From NCBI GenBank assembly GCA_000817115.1, contig JUEO01000004.1, positions 1,067-65,066 on the forward strand: a DNA stretch of 64,000 bases, in the 5' to 3' direction. This DNA is from a marine actinobacterium MedAcidi-G2B (GTDB lineage Bacteria > Actinomycetota > Acidimicrobiia > Acidimicrobiales > MedAcidi-G1). Below, piece after piece: positions 1 to 10,694 of the stretch. Under the pieces are notes generated by a model, which did no database searches, had not been told where the DNA came from, and saw only the letters and a list, made by a program, of their open reading frames with translations. Within the stretch, counting starts at the first letter, position 1; the number at the start of each line of letters is the position of its first letter. Position numbers and translations under genes: made by a program.

Positions 1-954
1 TATATTGAAAGCGCAGTTGGAGATCAAGACCGCTCACTTGTTTTAGAAGAAATGGATGAGAACAACTACCGAAGCGAGCAGAGCTCTGGATTTTCTATCG
101 CCCCTCTTATTGACGCAGCACAGACCCCACCTTTCTTAACAGAAAGTCGCGTAGTTGTAGGTAGACATATTGGAAGATTTGGAAACAAGGATCAAGTAGA
201 ACCATTAGTGGAATATTTGAATGCTCCTTCACCTACAACAAAACTCATTCTTGTTTGGGAAAAAGGAACAGAACCGGCCCAACAGCGCCTTTCCGCTATC
301 CCTAAGTCGCTAGCAGAGGCAGTTGAACAAGCTGGTGGGAAAATAATCTCTTCCACGGTCGGGAAAGGCAGAGAAGCTAATCAGTGGCTAGAAGACAGAC
401 TGAAATCGGCAGATATAGAAATAGATAAGAAAGCTCAGACGGCAATAATAGAGCGACTCGGACAAGACCGAACTCGCGTGGTTTCTTTACTGGCAACACT
501 TGAGGCTGTCTACGGATCAGGAGTAAGGGTTAATTTAGAGGAAATAAATCCATACCTTGGCGAAGCAGGTGACGTAGCCCCATGGGATTTAACTGACTCC
601 ATTGATAAAGGAAACACTGCTAGAGCATTGGAGAATCTTCATCGTTTGCAAGGAGCAGGAGGACGACATCCATTAGCGATACTCAGCATGCTGCATAATC
701 ATTACAGCCAACTGCTTCGGCTAGATGGTTTAGAAGTAGTAAGTGAAAAGCAAGTTAGCGACGTGCTCGGAGTAAAAGGGTTTCCCGCAAAGAAAATATT
801 TCAATTAAGTAGGAAAATGCCTACAGAGAGCATAAAAAAAGCTATCTCTCTTCTTGCTGCAGCAGACTTAGACCTTAAGGGAAAAACTGCTTGGACTCCA
901 GAACTAGTTACTGAGGTATTGGTAGCGCGTTTATCTTCCCTGCCAAAAAGGTGA
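1..954 (+). CDS. holA: DNA polymerase III subunit delta (5' partial)
   Basis: Frame is open from base 1. Motifs TPPFL..RVVV and LAAADLDLKG; convergent with rpsT as in other actinobacteria. Confidence 0.85.
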   Translation, partial: YIESAVGDQDRSLVLEEMDENNYRSEQSSGFSIAPLIDAAQTPPFLTESRVVVGRHIGRFGNKDQVEPLVEYLNAPSPTTKLILVWEKGTEPAQQRLSAIPKSLAEAVEQAGGKIISSTVGKGREANQWLEDRLKSADIEIDKKAQTAIIERLGQDRTRVVSLLATLEAVYGSGVRVNLEEINPYLGEAGDVAPWDLTDSIDKGNTARALENLHRLQGAGGRHPLAILSMLHNHYSQLLRLDGLEVVSEKQVSDVLGVKGFPAKKIFQLSRKMPTESIKKAISLLAAADLDLKGKTAWTPELVTEVLVARLSSLPKR

Positions 955-962
955 CATAAGGT

Positions 963-1223
963 TTATTGAGCTAATTCGTTAAAGCGTTTTTGAAGTCGAG
1001 ATTTTTTTCGAGCAGCATTATTGGGATGGATAACACGTTTTGCGGCAGCACTGTCAATACGTTTTATAGCCTCAGATAAAGCAGCCTTAGCTTCTTCGCT
1101 TGATCCATCAGATTCCAAAACGGCTTTTGTTCGTGTACGCAACTCAGAACGCACCATACGGTTACGTTGACGCTGCTTCTCTGTTTGTCGATTACGTTTA
1201 ATTTGACTCTTTATATTGGCCAC
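963..1223 (-). CDS. rpsT: 30S ribosomal protein S20
   Basis: ANIKSQIKRNRQ...IHPNNAARKKSRL; GTG start at 1223. Confidence 0.97.
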   Translation of the reverse strand: MANIKSQIKRNRQTEKQRQRNRMVRSELRTRTKAVLESDGSSEEAKAALSEAIKRIDSAAAKRVIHPNNAARKKSRLQKRFNELAQ

Positions 1224-1382
1224 GAGGCACACCCTTAAAGAATAGAATTGAGAAATAAATGTACGCTTCTAAGTCGAAACGGACAGAGAGCAATACTAGC
1301 GTCTAACTGAGGAAATCCGGTATATCGTGAGTTTTAACTTCAAAGAACGCCGATTCGACATAGTGCTCAACTACGGTCAACA

Positions 1383-3170
1383 ATGATGGATTTATCAAGA
1401 ATTCGAAACACTTCAATTATCGCCCACATAGATCACGGAAAGTCAACGCTCGCGGACCGAATGTTAGAACTATGCGGAGCGGTGGACCCCAGAGAGATGA
1501 GGGCCCAATATCTAGACTCTATGGATCTTGAACGTGAACGCGGAATCACCATCAAGTTGCAAAGCGTGCGCCTGGACTGGAAAGACGAGATTATCAATTT
1601 AATTGACACCCCTGGACATGTGGACTTTGGATATGAAGTAAGCCGTTCATTGGCAGCTTGCGAAGGTGTGATTCTTGTCGTAGATGCAGCGCAAGGCATA
1701 GAAGCGCAGACGCTCGCTAATTGCTATCTTGCTCTTGAAAATGATTTAGAAATTGTTGCGGCACTAAACAAAATAGACCTCCCAGCGGCAGAACCAGAGC
1801 GGTACGCCGAGGAAATCGAATCAGTCCTTGGAATACCTGCCGAAGAAATATTTCTCATAAGCGCAAAAACTGGAGAAGGTGTAGCCGAACTCTTAGACGC
1901 AGTGGTTGAGAAGACGCCGCCACCTAACGGTGACCCAAACGCGCCTCTTCAAGCCCTAGTTTATGACAGCCATTTTGATCAATACCGTGGTGTGGTTTCA
2001 TCAATTCGTGTGGTGAATGGAACATTAACGAAAGACGATCGTATTCAATTCATGCAAGCAAACACATCTCATGACGTTGATGAGATCGGTGTTCGACGCC
2101 CAGATCTGACACCAATAAGCAAGTTGGGACCAGGGGAAGTCGGGTATCTCCTAGCTGGAGTAAAAAATGTCGGAGAAGCTCGATCTGGTGAAACAATTAC
2201 AACTCATAAAAACGGAGCCAATGTACCACTATCGGGCTATAGGGAACCTCAGCCAATGGTCTACAGCGGCTTGTATCCCATTGAAGGAGATGAATATAAC
2301 GATTTGCGGGATGCTCTTGAAAAACTACGGCTTAATGACTCTAGTTTTACTTATCAGCCAGAAACTTCCGGAGCGTTAGGTTTTGGATTCCGATGCGGAT
2401 TCTTAGGCCTTCTCCATATGGAAATTGTTAGAGAGCGACTAGAAAGAGAATTCAATCTGAGCTTGATTACAACAGCACCATCGGTTGAATACGAAATAGA
2501 GAAAACAAACGGAGAGATCATAGAGGTGGATAACCCGTGTGACCTGCCCGCAGCAACTGAAATAAACACAATACGAGAGCCTTGGCTGTCTGCAAAAATA
2601 ATTACTCCCGCTGATTACACCGGAGCACTTATGGAGCTATGTCAAGAGCGCAGAGGCGAGTTAGATTCAATGACCTATCTCTCTCCAGAGCGAGTGGAGC
2701 TGAGTTATTTTTTGCCGCTAGCAGAAGTGGTGATTGATTTTTTTGATCAGATGAAAAGTCGCACACAAGGTTACGCAAGTTTGGATTATGAGCCCACTGG
2801 ATACAAGGCATCTGATTTAGTGCGTGTGGATATTCTCTTACATGGTGAACCGGTAGATGCTTTTTCCACTGTTGTACATCGCGGAACCTCAGAGGCGTAC
2901 GGTCGGAGGATGACAGCGAAATTGAAAGAGCTTATTCCGAGACAACAGTTTGAAATTCCAATTCAAGCGGCAATAGGTGGAAGAATCATTGCACGTGAAA
3001 CAGTTAGGGCTTTTAGGAAAGACGTAACTGCGAAACTCTACGGTGGAGACATCACAAGAAAACGAAAACTTCTTGAAAAACAGAAAGCCGGAAAACGCCG
3101 AATGAAATCAATAGGGCGAGTAGACATACCCCAGGAAGCGTTTGTTTCTGCCCTACGTCTCGATGACTAG
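1383..3170 (+). CDS. lepA: Elongation factor 4 (LepA)
   Basis: [48 protein letters not shown]. Confidence 0.98.
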   Translation: MMDLSRIRNTSIIAHIDHGKSTLADRMLELCGAVDPREMRAQYLDSMDLERERGITIKLQSVRLDWKDEIINLIDTPGHVDFGYEVSRSLAACEGVILVVDAAQGIEAQTLANCYLALENDLEIVAALNKIDLPAAEPERYAEEIESVLGIPAEEIFLISAKTGEGVAELLDAVVEKTPPPNGDPNAPLQALVYDSHFDQYRGVVSSIRVVNGTLTKDDRIQFMQANTSHDVDEIGVRRPDLTPISKLGPGEVGYLLAGVKNVGEARSGETITTHKNGANVPLSGYREPQPMVYSGLYPIEGDEYNDLRDALEKLRLNDSSFTYQPETSGALGFGFRCGFLGLLHMEIVRERLEREFNLSLITTAPSVEYEIEKTNGEIIEVDNPCDLPAATEINTIREPWLSAKIITPADYTGALMELCQERRGELDSMTYLSPERVELSYFLPLAEVVIDFFDQMKSRTQGYASLDYEPTGYKASDLVRVDILLHGEPVDAFSTVVHRGTSEAYGRRMTAKLKELIPRQQFEIPIQAAIGGRIIARETVRAFRKDVTAKLYGGDITRKRKLLEKQKAGKRRMKSIGRVDIPQEAFVSALRLDD

Positions 3171-3229
3171 CAAGAACTCCTACGTCTTTTCCATCACAGG
3201 CAAAGAAAGAACGAGATAACCTTCTTGTC

Positions 3230-4228
3230 ATGCTTGAAGAACGGAAAGCAGCTATCTTAAGCGCTGTTGTAGAAGAATATATTGAGACAGAGATCCCAGT
3301 TGGATCTTCGCATATTGCAAATGTTCCAGGAGTCGATGTCTCTTCAGCAACAGTACGTAACGAACTTGTTCAATTAGAAGAGCAGGGATATCTTTTCCAG
3401 CCGCATACTTCAGCAGGGCGTATTCCGACTGATAAGGCATACAGATTTTTTGTTGATCAACTTGAAACTCCAGATTCGCTGAGTCCAGTGGAAGGTTCGA
3501 AAATATCAGAATTTTTTGCTCGTTCTTACAGCGAAATTGAAGAAATGTTACGTGACACGAGCACGTTATTAGCAAACTTGACTGGAAGTGCGTCTGTGGT
3601 AGTTGCTCCTGATCGAGACCATCGAGAAATCCGCTCTGTTCAACTAGTCGGCCTTGGTGTAAAAGTAGCAATGCTAGTTTTAGTTACTGCAAATGGTCAG
3701 GTAGAGAAACATGTCATTGAGTTACGTAATGACATGCCAGACTCAGTTCTTGCAATAGCAAACGCCCATCTTTCTGCTTACTTAATCGGTAAGCGTTCAT
3801 CAAATGTGTTCGATCCGTCACCGACAGGAGAAACGGAAGTGGATGAAGTTATTTCTTCTGTAATGTCAGTACTTTCTAAAGAAAATGAAAATTTAGAACG
3901 AGCTTACGTTGGAGGAACTTCACAAGTTGCAGCAGCTTTTGAAGAAGTTGAACGCGTTCAAGAGGTTTTATCTGTCTTAGAAAGACAGTTTGTGGTTGTG
4001 AGTCTTATGCGAGATGTAATTAATCGTGGTCTCTCTGTCGCAATCGGATCTGAAACAGGCCTCAAACCGTTATCGGATTGTTCTTTAGTGGTAGCGCCAT
4101 ACGGAGCAGATGGAGAAAATGCTGGATCAATAGCTGTTCTTGGTCCAACCCGGATGAATTACTCTCGGGCCTTGGCGACAGTTGCTGTGGTAGGTAGACA
4201 ACTCGGGAATCGTCTAATAAAAGGTTGA
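3230..4228 (+). CDS. hrcA: Heat-inducible transcription repressor HrcA
   Basis: VSSATVRNEL, QPHTSAGRIPT, GPTRMNY. Confidence 0.96.
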   Translation: MLEERKAAILSAVVEEYIETEIPVGSSHIANVPGVDVSSATVRNELVQLEEQGYLFQPHTSAGRIPTDKAYRFFVDQLETPDSLSPVEGSKISEFFARSYSEIEEMLRDTSTLLANLTGSASVVVAPDRDHREIRSVQLVGLGVKVAMLVLVTANGQVEKHVIELRNDMPDSVLAIANAHLSAYLIGKRSSNVFDPSPTGETEVDEVISSVMSVLSKENENLERAYVGGTSQVAAAFEEVERVQEVLSVLERQFVVVSLMRDVINRGLSVAIGSETGLKPLSDCSLVVAPYGADGENAGSIAVLGPTRMNYSRALATVAVVGRQLGNRLIKG

Positions 4229-4235
4229 TGCTCGA

Positions 4236-5321
4236 ATGTCTAGAGACCTGTATCAAATACTAGAAGTGAATTCCAGAGCAAGTGCCGGTGAAATTAAAAG
4301 TGCCTATCGTACGCTCGCGAGAAAATATCATCCGGATGCAAACCCAGATAATCCAGAAGCAGGCGAACGTTTCAAAGAGATAGCTTCAGCTTATGAAATT
4401 CTTTCCGATCCAAACAGAAGAGCCCGTTACGATCAGTTTGGAGAAACTGGGACTTCTTCTAGTCATTCAAACCCATTTGGAGACTTTTCGGACATCTTCT
4501 CCTCTTTTTTTGGTGGCCAGAGTTCCGGTCCTTCTGGACCCCGAGTTGAATATGGAGAAGATTTAGAAATCGATCTAGAGATAGGTTTTGAAGAAGCCGT
4601 ATTCGGAACTCAAAAAGAAATAAGAGTGCGCACTGCAGTTCCCTGTGAACCGTGTGGCTCCACGGGAGCAACAGCGGGAACAGAACCAATTGAATGTACA
4701 AGGTGTAGTGGAATTGGTCAGATCCAAGAAATGCGACGATCGATACTTGGACAAATGCTGACACAGACGATCTGCCCAGACTGCAAAGGTTCAGGATCTA
4801 GAATCTCAAACCCGTGTAAAGACTGTAATGGTGAAGGACGCAAAGTAACCGAAATCGAATTTCCGATTGACGTTCAGCAAGGAGTAGACCACGGCAACAC
4901 GTTGAGACTCTCTGGAAGAGGAGCTACCGGGAGAAGAGGGGGTCCTCCAGGAGACCTTTACGTTCATCTTCGGGTAGCTGTCCACCCTGAGTTGGAGCGT
5001 CAGGGTCACGATCTAAGGCACCGTCTTCATATTCCTATGACTCAGGCCATCTTTGGAGTGGATCTAGATTACGCAACCCTTGATGGCGAGGAAGTTCTTT
5101 CAATAGCACCTGGAACACAGTCGGGGCATATTTTAAAACTAAAAGGGAAAGGTGTTCCACACCTGAACAGCAAAAACAGGGGAGATTTTTTTATTGAAGT
5201 GATTGTGGACACACCGACAGATCTAACGAGAGAAGAGGAAGAGACCCTACGCGAATACGCGTCTCAACGTAAAGAAGAGATCAGCCCGAATAAGAAAAAA
5301 GTGCGTAGCCGACGCCGGTAA
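4236..5321 (+). CDS. dnaJ: Chaperone DnaJ
   Basis: J domain with HPD, G/F-rich region, four CxxCxGxG zinc-finger repeats. Confidence 0.97.
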   Translation: MSRDLYQILEVNSRASAGEIKSAYRTLARKYHPDANPDNPEAGERFKEIASAYEILSDPNRRARYDQFGETGTSSSHSNPFGDFSDIFSSFFGGQSSGPSGPRVEYGEDLEIDLEIGFEEAVFGTQKEIRVRTAVPCEPCGSTGATAGTEPIECTRCSGIGQIQEMRRSILGQMLTQTICPDCKGSGSRISNPCKDCNGEGRKVTEIEFPIDVQQGVDHGNTLRLSGRGATGRRGGPPGDLYVHLRVAVHPELERQGHDLRHRLHIPMTQAIFGVDLDYATLDGEEVLSIAPGTQSGHILKLKGKGVPHLNSKNRGDFFIEVIVDTPTDLTREEEETLREYASQRKEEISPNKKKVRSRRR

Positions 5322-5530
5322 ATCCAAAATAAACGCTCAGCGTGATTAATTTATGTGAGAAATTGATTTCATAATTCTTAAAAAAACATACTATGAACTG
5401 GGGTTTTTTCCTAAATTTATTTAGATTGTTAGAATCTATTAAATCCGGTATCATCACCGGAATGACCACTATGTGTGCCGTCATCAAACTGATTGTCTAT
5501 TAGCAAAATCTACTCAGGAGAGTTGAATCC

Positions 5531-6049
5531 ATGGATGAAGAACTTGACGCCTTATATCGCCGTCGAGTAGGCGAACGAATAAGAGTCATACGACGTCAGC
5601 AACGCCTCTCACTTCATGATGTCGAAGATCGTTCCGAATCCGAATTCAAAGCTTCAGTGCTTGGAGCTTACGAAAGAGGAGAACGTGCAATATCAGTACC
5701 TCGTCTTCAACGGTTAGCCCGGTTCTATGGGGTGCCGGTAGATCAGTTACTCCCATCCGAAGGTGAAGGAGAATCTGGAGGAGTAACACAAAAGAATTTA
5801 GGATGGACTCCTGGGCAGAAGATTGTTATTGACTTAACCAAGCTGGATCAAGTCGAAGGCCCAGAATCAGAAATGATTGAACGCTATTTAACGATTATTC
5901 AAGTGAAACGTCAAGACTTCAATGGAAGGGTTCTGACAATTCGTGGAGACGATTTACAAGCCTTGGCAGCAATACTCGGAACAGATGTGGATGCAGCCGC
6001 ACCACGGTTAGAGGAATTGGGATTGCTGTACCGACCGGACGCTGCTTAA
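5531..6049 (+). CDS. bldD: BldD-family XRE transcriptional regulator
   Basis: HTH ...VLGAYERGERAISVPRLQRLARFYGVPV; C-terminal RQD-FNGRVLTI-RGDD; SD AGGAG upstream. Confidence 0.85.
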   Translation: MDEELDALYRRRVGERIRVIRRQQRLSLHDVEDRSESEFKASVLGAYERGERAISVPRLQRLARFYGVPVDQLLPSEGEGESGGVTQKNLGWTPGQKIVIDLTKLDQVEGPESEMIERYLTIIQVKRQDFNGRVLTIRGDDLQALAAILGTDVDAAAPRLEELGLLYRPDAA

Positions 6050-6083
6050 AGCCAGTCCTGCGATCTGATATTCTTTCACTGAT

Positions 6084-8774
6084 ATGGGAATTTTGTCGCG
6101 TGTTCTCCGTAGTGGAGAAGGAAAGAAAATCAAAGCACTTGAATCTTTAGTCCCGGACATCAACGCGCTCGAATCAGAAATATCAAATCTTTCTGATCAT
6201 GAACTTCAATCAAAAACTGGAGAATTTCGCCAACGCCTAGATCAAGGTGAAGATCTTGATGATCAACTAGTGGAATCTTTCGCAGTTGTAAGAGAAGCAG
6301 CGTGGAGGGTTATTGGGCAAAGACATTATGACGTTCAACTTATGGGAGGAGTAGCTCTTCATCTCGGCTGGGTAGCGGAAATGAGAACTGGTGAGGGGAA
6401 AACCTTAGTATCAACTCTTCCTGCCTATCTAAATGGACTCACTGGAAGAGGCGTTCACCTTTGCACGGTAAATGATTACCTAGCAACAAGAGATGCTGAC
6501 TGGATGGGCCAAATTCATCGTTGGCTAGGACTAGATGTTGGACTAGTAGTTCCAGATACACGAGATCCCATTGAGAAACGAAAAGCCTATAACGCAGATA
6601 TAACCTACGGAACTAACAACGAATTAGGATTTGATTATCTTCGTGACAATATGGCTATGTCACTCGACTCAAAAGCTCAAAGAGGTCACGCTTTTTGCAT
6701 AGTTGACGAAGTTGACTCAATTTTAATTGATGAGGCTCGAACACCCTTAATAATCAGTGGTCGACTCAGTGAAGCCGCATCGCTTTACAAACGATTCGCA
6801 ACTGTCGTAAAAGGCCTGAAACGTGATGTCCATTATGACTTTGATGAAGAAAAAAAGATTGTGGCGCCTACCGAAGAAGGTGTGCACTCGGTAGAACAAG
6901 CACTTGGTGTCACGAATCTGTATGACGAAGTCTCATCAAACTTAGTCCACCAACTTCAAGCAGCTTTGCGCGCTAAAGAGATTTATCAGCGTGACCGGGA
7001 TTACATAATTGTTGATGGTGAAGTGAGAATCGTAGATGAGTTCACTGGTCGAGTGCTTGAAGGTCGTCGTTGGTCGGAAGGTATCCACCAAGCCGTTGAA
7101 GCCAAAGAGGGCGTAGCAATAAAAGAAGAAAATCAAACCCTTGCCACCATTACTCTTCAAAACTATTTCCGTTTATATGAAAAACTCGCAGGAATGACTG
7201 GAACTGCAGAAACGGAAGCTGCTGAACTGGCAGGAATATATGACCTACAAGTGGTATCAATACCAACAAACAGACCTATCGGACGCGTAGATTCAAGCGA
7301 CCTGATATATAAAACGGAAGAAGGAAAATTTTCTGCGCTAATTGAAGATATTTCTACACGTCAAACAAATGGTCAACCGGTCTTAGTGGGAACAGTCTCA
7401 GTTGAAAAGTCAGAAAAACTTTCCCGTGAACTGGAAAAACGCGGCATAAGTCATGAAGTTTTGAATGCTAAACAACACTTTCGCGAGGCAGAGGTAATCG
7501 AACAAGCAGGTAGACCAGGGGCAGTCACCGTTGCAACAAATATGGCAGGTCGAGGAGTCGACATTCTTCTTGGTGGTAATCCTGAAAATCTTGCTAAGCG
7601 AAAAGTGATGTCTGAAGGGATTGATCCAAACTCTGCTTCTGGCCAGCAAAAAATCAAAAAATTGGCTAAAAAATTTGAAACAGAATGTATCACTGAGGGA
7701 GAGAAAGTCAGGCAAGCAGGAGGCCTTTATGTCTTAGGCACAGAACGACATGAATCTCGCCGGATAGATAATCAGTTGCGAGGAAGAAGTGGACGTCAAG
7801 GGGACCCAGGAGCAAGTCGCTTTTACCTCTCTTTAGATGACGACCTAATGCGTTTATTTTCTGGTGGTGGGATGCGCGGAGTGATGGACAGGGCGCTACC
7901 AGAAGACGTCCCAATCGAATCAAACATGGTCTCAAAAGCGATCGAAAGAGCACAGACCACTGTTGAGCAGAAAAACGCTGAAGTTCGAAAAAACATTCTC
8001 AAATATGACGAAGTGATGAATGAACAACGAAAAGTCATTTATTACAAACGAGATCAAATCCTAAATGGTTCAAACCTAAGAGAAGAGGTTTGTGAACAGA
8101 TAGAACAAGTTTCAAGCCAAGAAGTTCTAAAACACTGTGTGTCTGAATACCCAGAAGAATGGGAGGTAGACAGTCTTATTACTTCAATTGAGAGTTTCTG
8201 GCCACTTACAATAAGTACAGAAGAGATATCTAAAGCTGAAACAACATTGGAGTTAACAGATCTCCTTATAGACGATGCGTCTACTTGTTTAGGGGAGAGA
8301 GAATCTGAACTGGGGCTTGAGACATTCCGAGAAGTTGAACGACAAGTGATGCTCAGAATTATCGATCAGCGCTGGCGAGAACATCTTTATGAAATGGATC
8401 ACTTGCGGGAAGGGATTCATCTACGTGCGATGGGGCAACGCGACCCTGCGACTGAATGGCAGCGAGAAGGATTTGAACTTTTTGGACATCTCACCAAACT
8501 AATAGGTGAAGACTTCTTGCGGTATGTGATGCGAATTCAAGTGTCTGTAACAGACGACTCGCCAACGCCTTCTGACGTAGTCGCCAGCGGCCCAGAAGGC
8601 CCTGTATTAGGTGCGGCAGCAGTGGCGGCGGCAGCAGGTGCACCTACTCAAGTTAAAGAATCCGCACCAACACCAAAAGTCCAAAAAATTAACGATGAAT
8701 GGGAATCAACCCCACGAAATGCTCCTTGTCCATGTGACTCGGGACGTAAATTCAAACATTGCCATGGCCGTTAG
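6084..8774 (+). CDS. secA: Preprotein translocase subunit SecA
   Basis: MRTGEGKT, DEVDSILIDEARTPLIISG, TNMAGRG, C-terminal SEC-C motif CPCDSGRKFKHCH. Confidence 0.98.
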   Translation: MGILSRVLRSGEGKKIKALESLVPDINALESEISNLSDHELQSKTGEFRQRLDQGEDLDDQLVESFAVVREAAWRVIGQRHYDVQLMGGVALHLGWVAEMRTGEGKTLVSTLPAYLNGLTGRGVHLCTVNDYLATRDADWMGQIHRWLGLDVGLVVPDTRDPIEKRKAYNADITYGTNNELGFDYLRDNMAMSLDSKAQRGHAFCIVDEVDSILIDEARTPLIISGRLSEAASLYKRFATVVKGLKRDVHYDFDEEKKIVAPTEEGVHSVEQALGVTNLYDEVSSNLVHQLQAALRAKEIYQRDRDYIIVDGEVRIVDEFTGRVLEGRRWSEGIHQAVEAKEGVAIKEENQTLATITLQNYFRLYEKLAGMTGTAETEAAELAGIYDLQVVSIPTNRPIGRVDSSDLIYKTEEGKFSALIEDISTRQTNGQPVLVGTVSVEKSEKLSRELEKRGISHEVLNAKQHFREAEVIEQAGRPGAVTVATNMAGRGVDILLGGNPENLAKRKVMSEGIDPNSASGQQKIKKLAKKFETECITEGEKVRQAGGLYVLGTERHESRRIDNQLRGRSGRQGDPGASRFYLSLDDDLMRLFSGGGMRGVMDRALPEDVPIESNMVSKAIERAQTTVEQKNAEVRKNILKYDEVMNEQRKVIYYKRDQILNGSNLREEVCEQIEQVSSQEVLKHCVSEYPEEWEVDSLITSIESFWPLTISTEEISKAETTLELTDLLIDDASTCLGERESELGLETFREVERQVMLRIIDQRWREHLYEMDHLREGIHLRAMGQRDPATEWQREGFELFGHLTKLIGEDFLRYVMRIQVSVTDDSPTPSDVVASGPEGPVLGAAAVAAAAGAPTQVKESAPTPKVQKINDEWESTPRNAPCPCDSGRKFKHCHGR

Positions 8775-8784
8775 AAGCTATTGA

Positions 8785-9894
8785 ATGATGGAAGATATAA
8801 ACGAAGATATAAAAAATCTACGAGTTCGACTTGATGAAGCTTCCCGTTACCTTCGAATACCTGAATTACTCAAACGTCGTGAACAATTAGAAGAAGAAAT
8901 GGCAGCCCCGGATCTGTGGGATGATCAAAATCGTGGCCGAGAAGTTCAAAAGAATCTGTCTGAAGCCGTAGAAGATATAAGTCTCCATAAGGCATTAGAA
9001 AGTGAAGTAGAGGATTTAGAAACCCTTTTTGAACTAGCGACGGAAGAAGATGACGAATCTTTGGATGAAGAGATACGGACTGGTCTTCAGAAAATCCAAA
9101 CAAAATTTGATGAACTTGAAATCAGATCACTCTTTTCTGGAAAATACGATGAAAGTGATGCTGTTTGTCATATCCAGTCCGGCGCAGGTGGAACTGATGC
9201 ACAAGATTGGGCTGAGATGCTTGTTCGCATGTATTCCCGTTGGGCAGAACGACGCGGCTTCAACATAGAAATAGACTCCATATCTGAAGGAACTGAAGCC
9301 GGGTTTTCATCAGCCGAATTCATAATTCGTGGACGGCACGCCTTTGGACTTTTACAAGGAGAAAGAGGTGTTCATCGACTTGTACGTATTTCTCCATTCA
9401 ACAAAGAGGCCAAGCGACACACAGCTTTTGCTTCTCTTTATGTTGTGCCTTTTTTCGACAAGGTGGTAGATGAAGTCGCTATAGATGAAAATGATCTCCG
9501 GATAGATACTTACCGGGCTTCAGGTGCAGGTGGTCAGCACATAAATGTCACAGACTCGGCAGTCCGAATAACACATTTACCTACCGGGACGGTGACGTCT
9601 TGCCAAAATGAAAGAAGTCAACATCAAAACAAAGACCGAGCGATGCAGATACTTGCCGCCAAACTTTTAGATTTAGAACATCAAAAACGTGAAGAAGAGT
9701 TAGCGAAACTCGGTGGAGAACAAAGAAAAGTTGACTTTGGGAGTCAAATCCGTTCATATGTTCTTCAGCCCTACCAAATGGTGAAAGATCTTCGAACAGG
9801 ATATGAAGTGGGCAATGTAGATTCAGTCCTGGACGGAGACATAGATGGATTCATGGAGACTTATCTGCGTTGGAATAAAGAAAAAGAATCATGA
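8785..9894 (+). CDS. prfB: Peptide chain release factor 2 (no frameshift)
   Basis: SPF anticodon-mimic motif, GGQ motif; single uninterrupted ORF. Confidence 0.97.
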   Translation: MMEDINEDIKNLRVRLDEASRYLRIPELLKRREQLEEEMAAPDLWDDQNRGREVQKNLSEAVEDISLHKALESEVEDLETLFELATEEDDESLDEEIRTGLQKIQTKFDELEIRSLFSGKYDESDAVCHIQSGAGGTDAQDWAEMLVRMYSRWAERRGFNIEIDSISEGTEAGFSSAEFIIRGRHAFGLLQGERGVHRLVRISPFNKEAKRHTAFASLYVVPFFDKVVDEVAIDENDLRIDTYRASGAGGQHINVTDSAVRITHLPTGTVTSCQNERSQHQNKDRAMQILAAKLLDLEHQKREEELAKLGGEQRKVDFGSQIRSYVLQPYQMVKDLRTGYEVGNVDSVLDGDIDGFMETYLRWNKEKES

Positions 9895-9982
9895 ATCTAA
9901 AGCATCGCGCCACACTCAAGGCTCAACTCTCTGGTACTCTGCCCTACGTGAAAGAGATATCTAACGAAACTGGAAATCAACG

Positions 9983-10681
9983 ATGATTCGATTAGAGAAT
10001 GTAACGAAAGTGTACAAAGGGGACGTGACTGCGCTCAGAGCAGTGAACTTAGAAATCCAAAGAGGAGAATTTGTTTTCTTGGTTGGACAATCTGGTTCAG
10101 GGAAATCTACTTTCATCAGACTGTTAAATCGAGAAGAAGTTGCAGATTCTGGGAAGATATTACTTGCAGGAAAAGATCTTGGTTCGTTACGCTCTTGGAG
10201 CGTTCCTGCACTGCGAAGAAACATTGGCTGTATCTTTCAGGACTACAAACTTTTAGAGAAAAAAACTGTTCAAGAGAATGTTGCCTTCGCTCTTGAGGTG
10301 ATAGGGCAACCTCGCCCCGTAATCAGAAAAAATGTTCCTGCAATTTTAGACCTCGTTGGACTCACTCAGAAAGCTGACCGTTTCCCTGATGAGCTTTCAG
10401 GAGGAGAGCAGCAGCGCGTCTCTATAGCTCGCGCATTTGCGAACAGGCCTACGGTTATGCTCGCTGACGAACCGACTGGAAACCTTGATCCATCAACTTC
10501 GGTTGGGATAATGAAATTACTCGATTTGATTAATCGGCGTGGCACCACAGTGGTCATGGCAACACATGACCGGAGCATCGTTAACTCAATGCAACGAAGA
10601 GTGATAGAGCTGGATAGGGGAGTTGTCGTAAGAGACGATTCTCATGGAATTTACGACGAACCAAACGGCGTATACGAATGA
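9983..10681 (+). CDS. ftsE: Cell division ATP-binding protein FtsE
   Basis: GQSGSGKST, FQDYKLL, LSGGEQQRV; prfB-ftsE-ftsX synteny. Confidence 0.93.
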   Translation: MIRLENVTKVYKGDVTALRAVNLEIQRGEFVFLVGQSGSGKSTFIRLLNREEVADSGKILLAGKDLGSLRSWSVPALRRNIGCIFQDYKLLEKKTVQENVAFALEVIGQPRPVIRKNVPAILDLVGLTQKADRFPDELSGGEQQRVSIARAFANRPTVMLADEPTGNLDPSTSVGIMKLLDLINRRGTTVVMATHDRSIVNSMQRRVIELDRGVVVRDDSHGIYDEPNGVYE

Positions 10682-10694
10682 TGGGCCACTAAAG

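Noticed and set aside
3171-3229. Pseudogene remnant of hemW between lepA and hrcA
   Set aside because: The gap is only 59 bp and is explained by the hrcA promoter. hemW is simply absent at this locus.
8845-8860. prfB +1 programmed frameshift site
   Set aside because: The sequence reads TAC CTT CGA in frame, not CTT TGA, and there is no internal SD. The ORF is continuous, as usual in actinobacteria.
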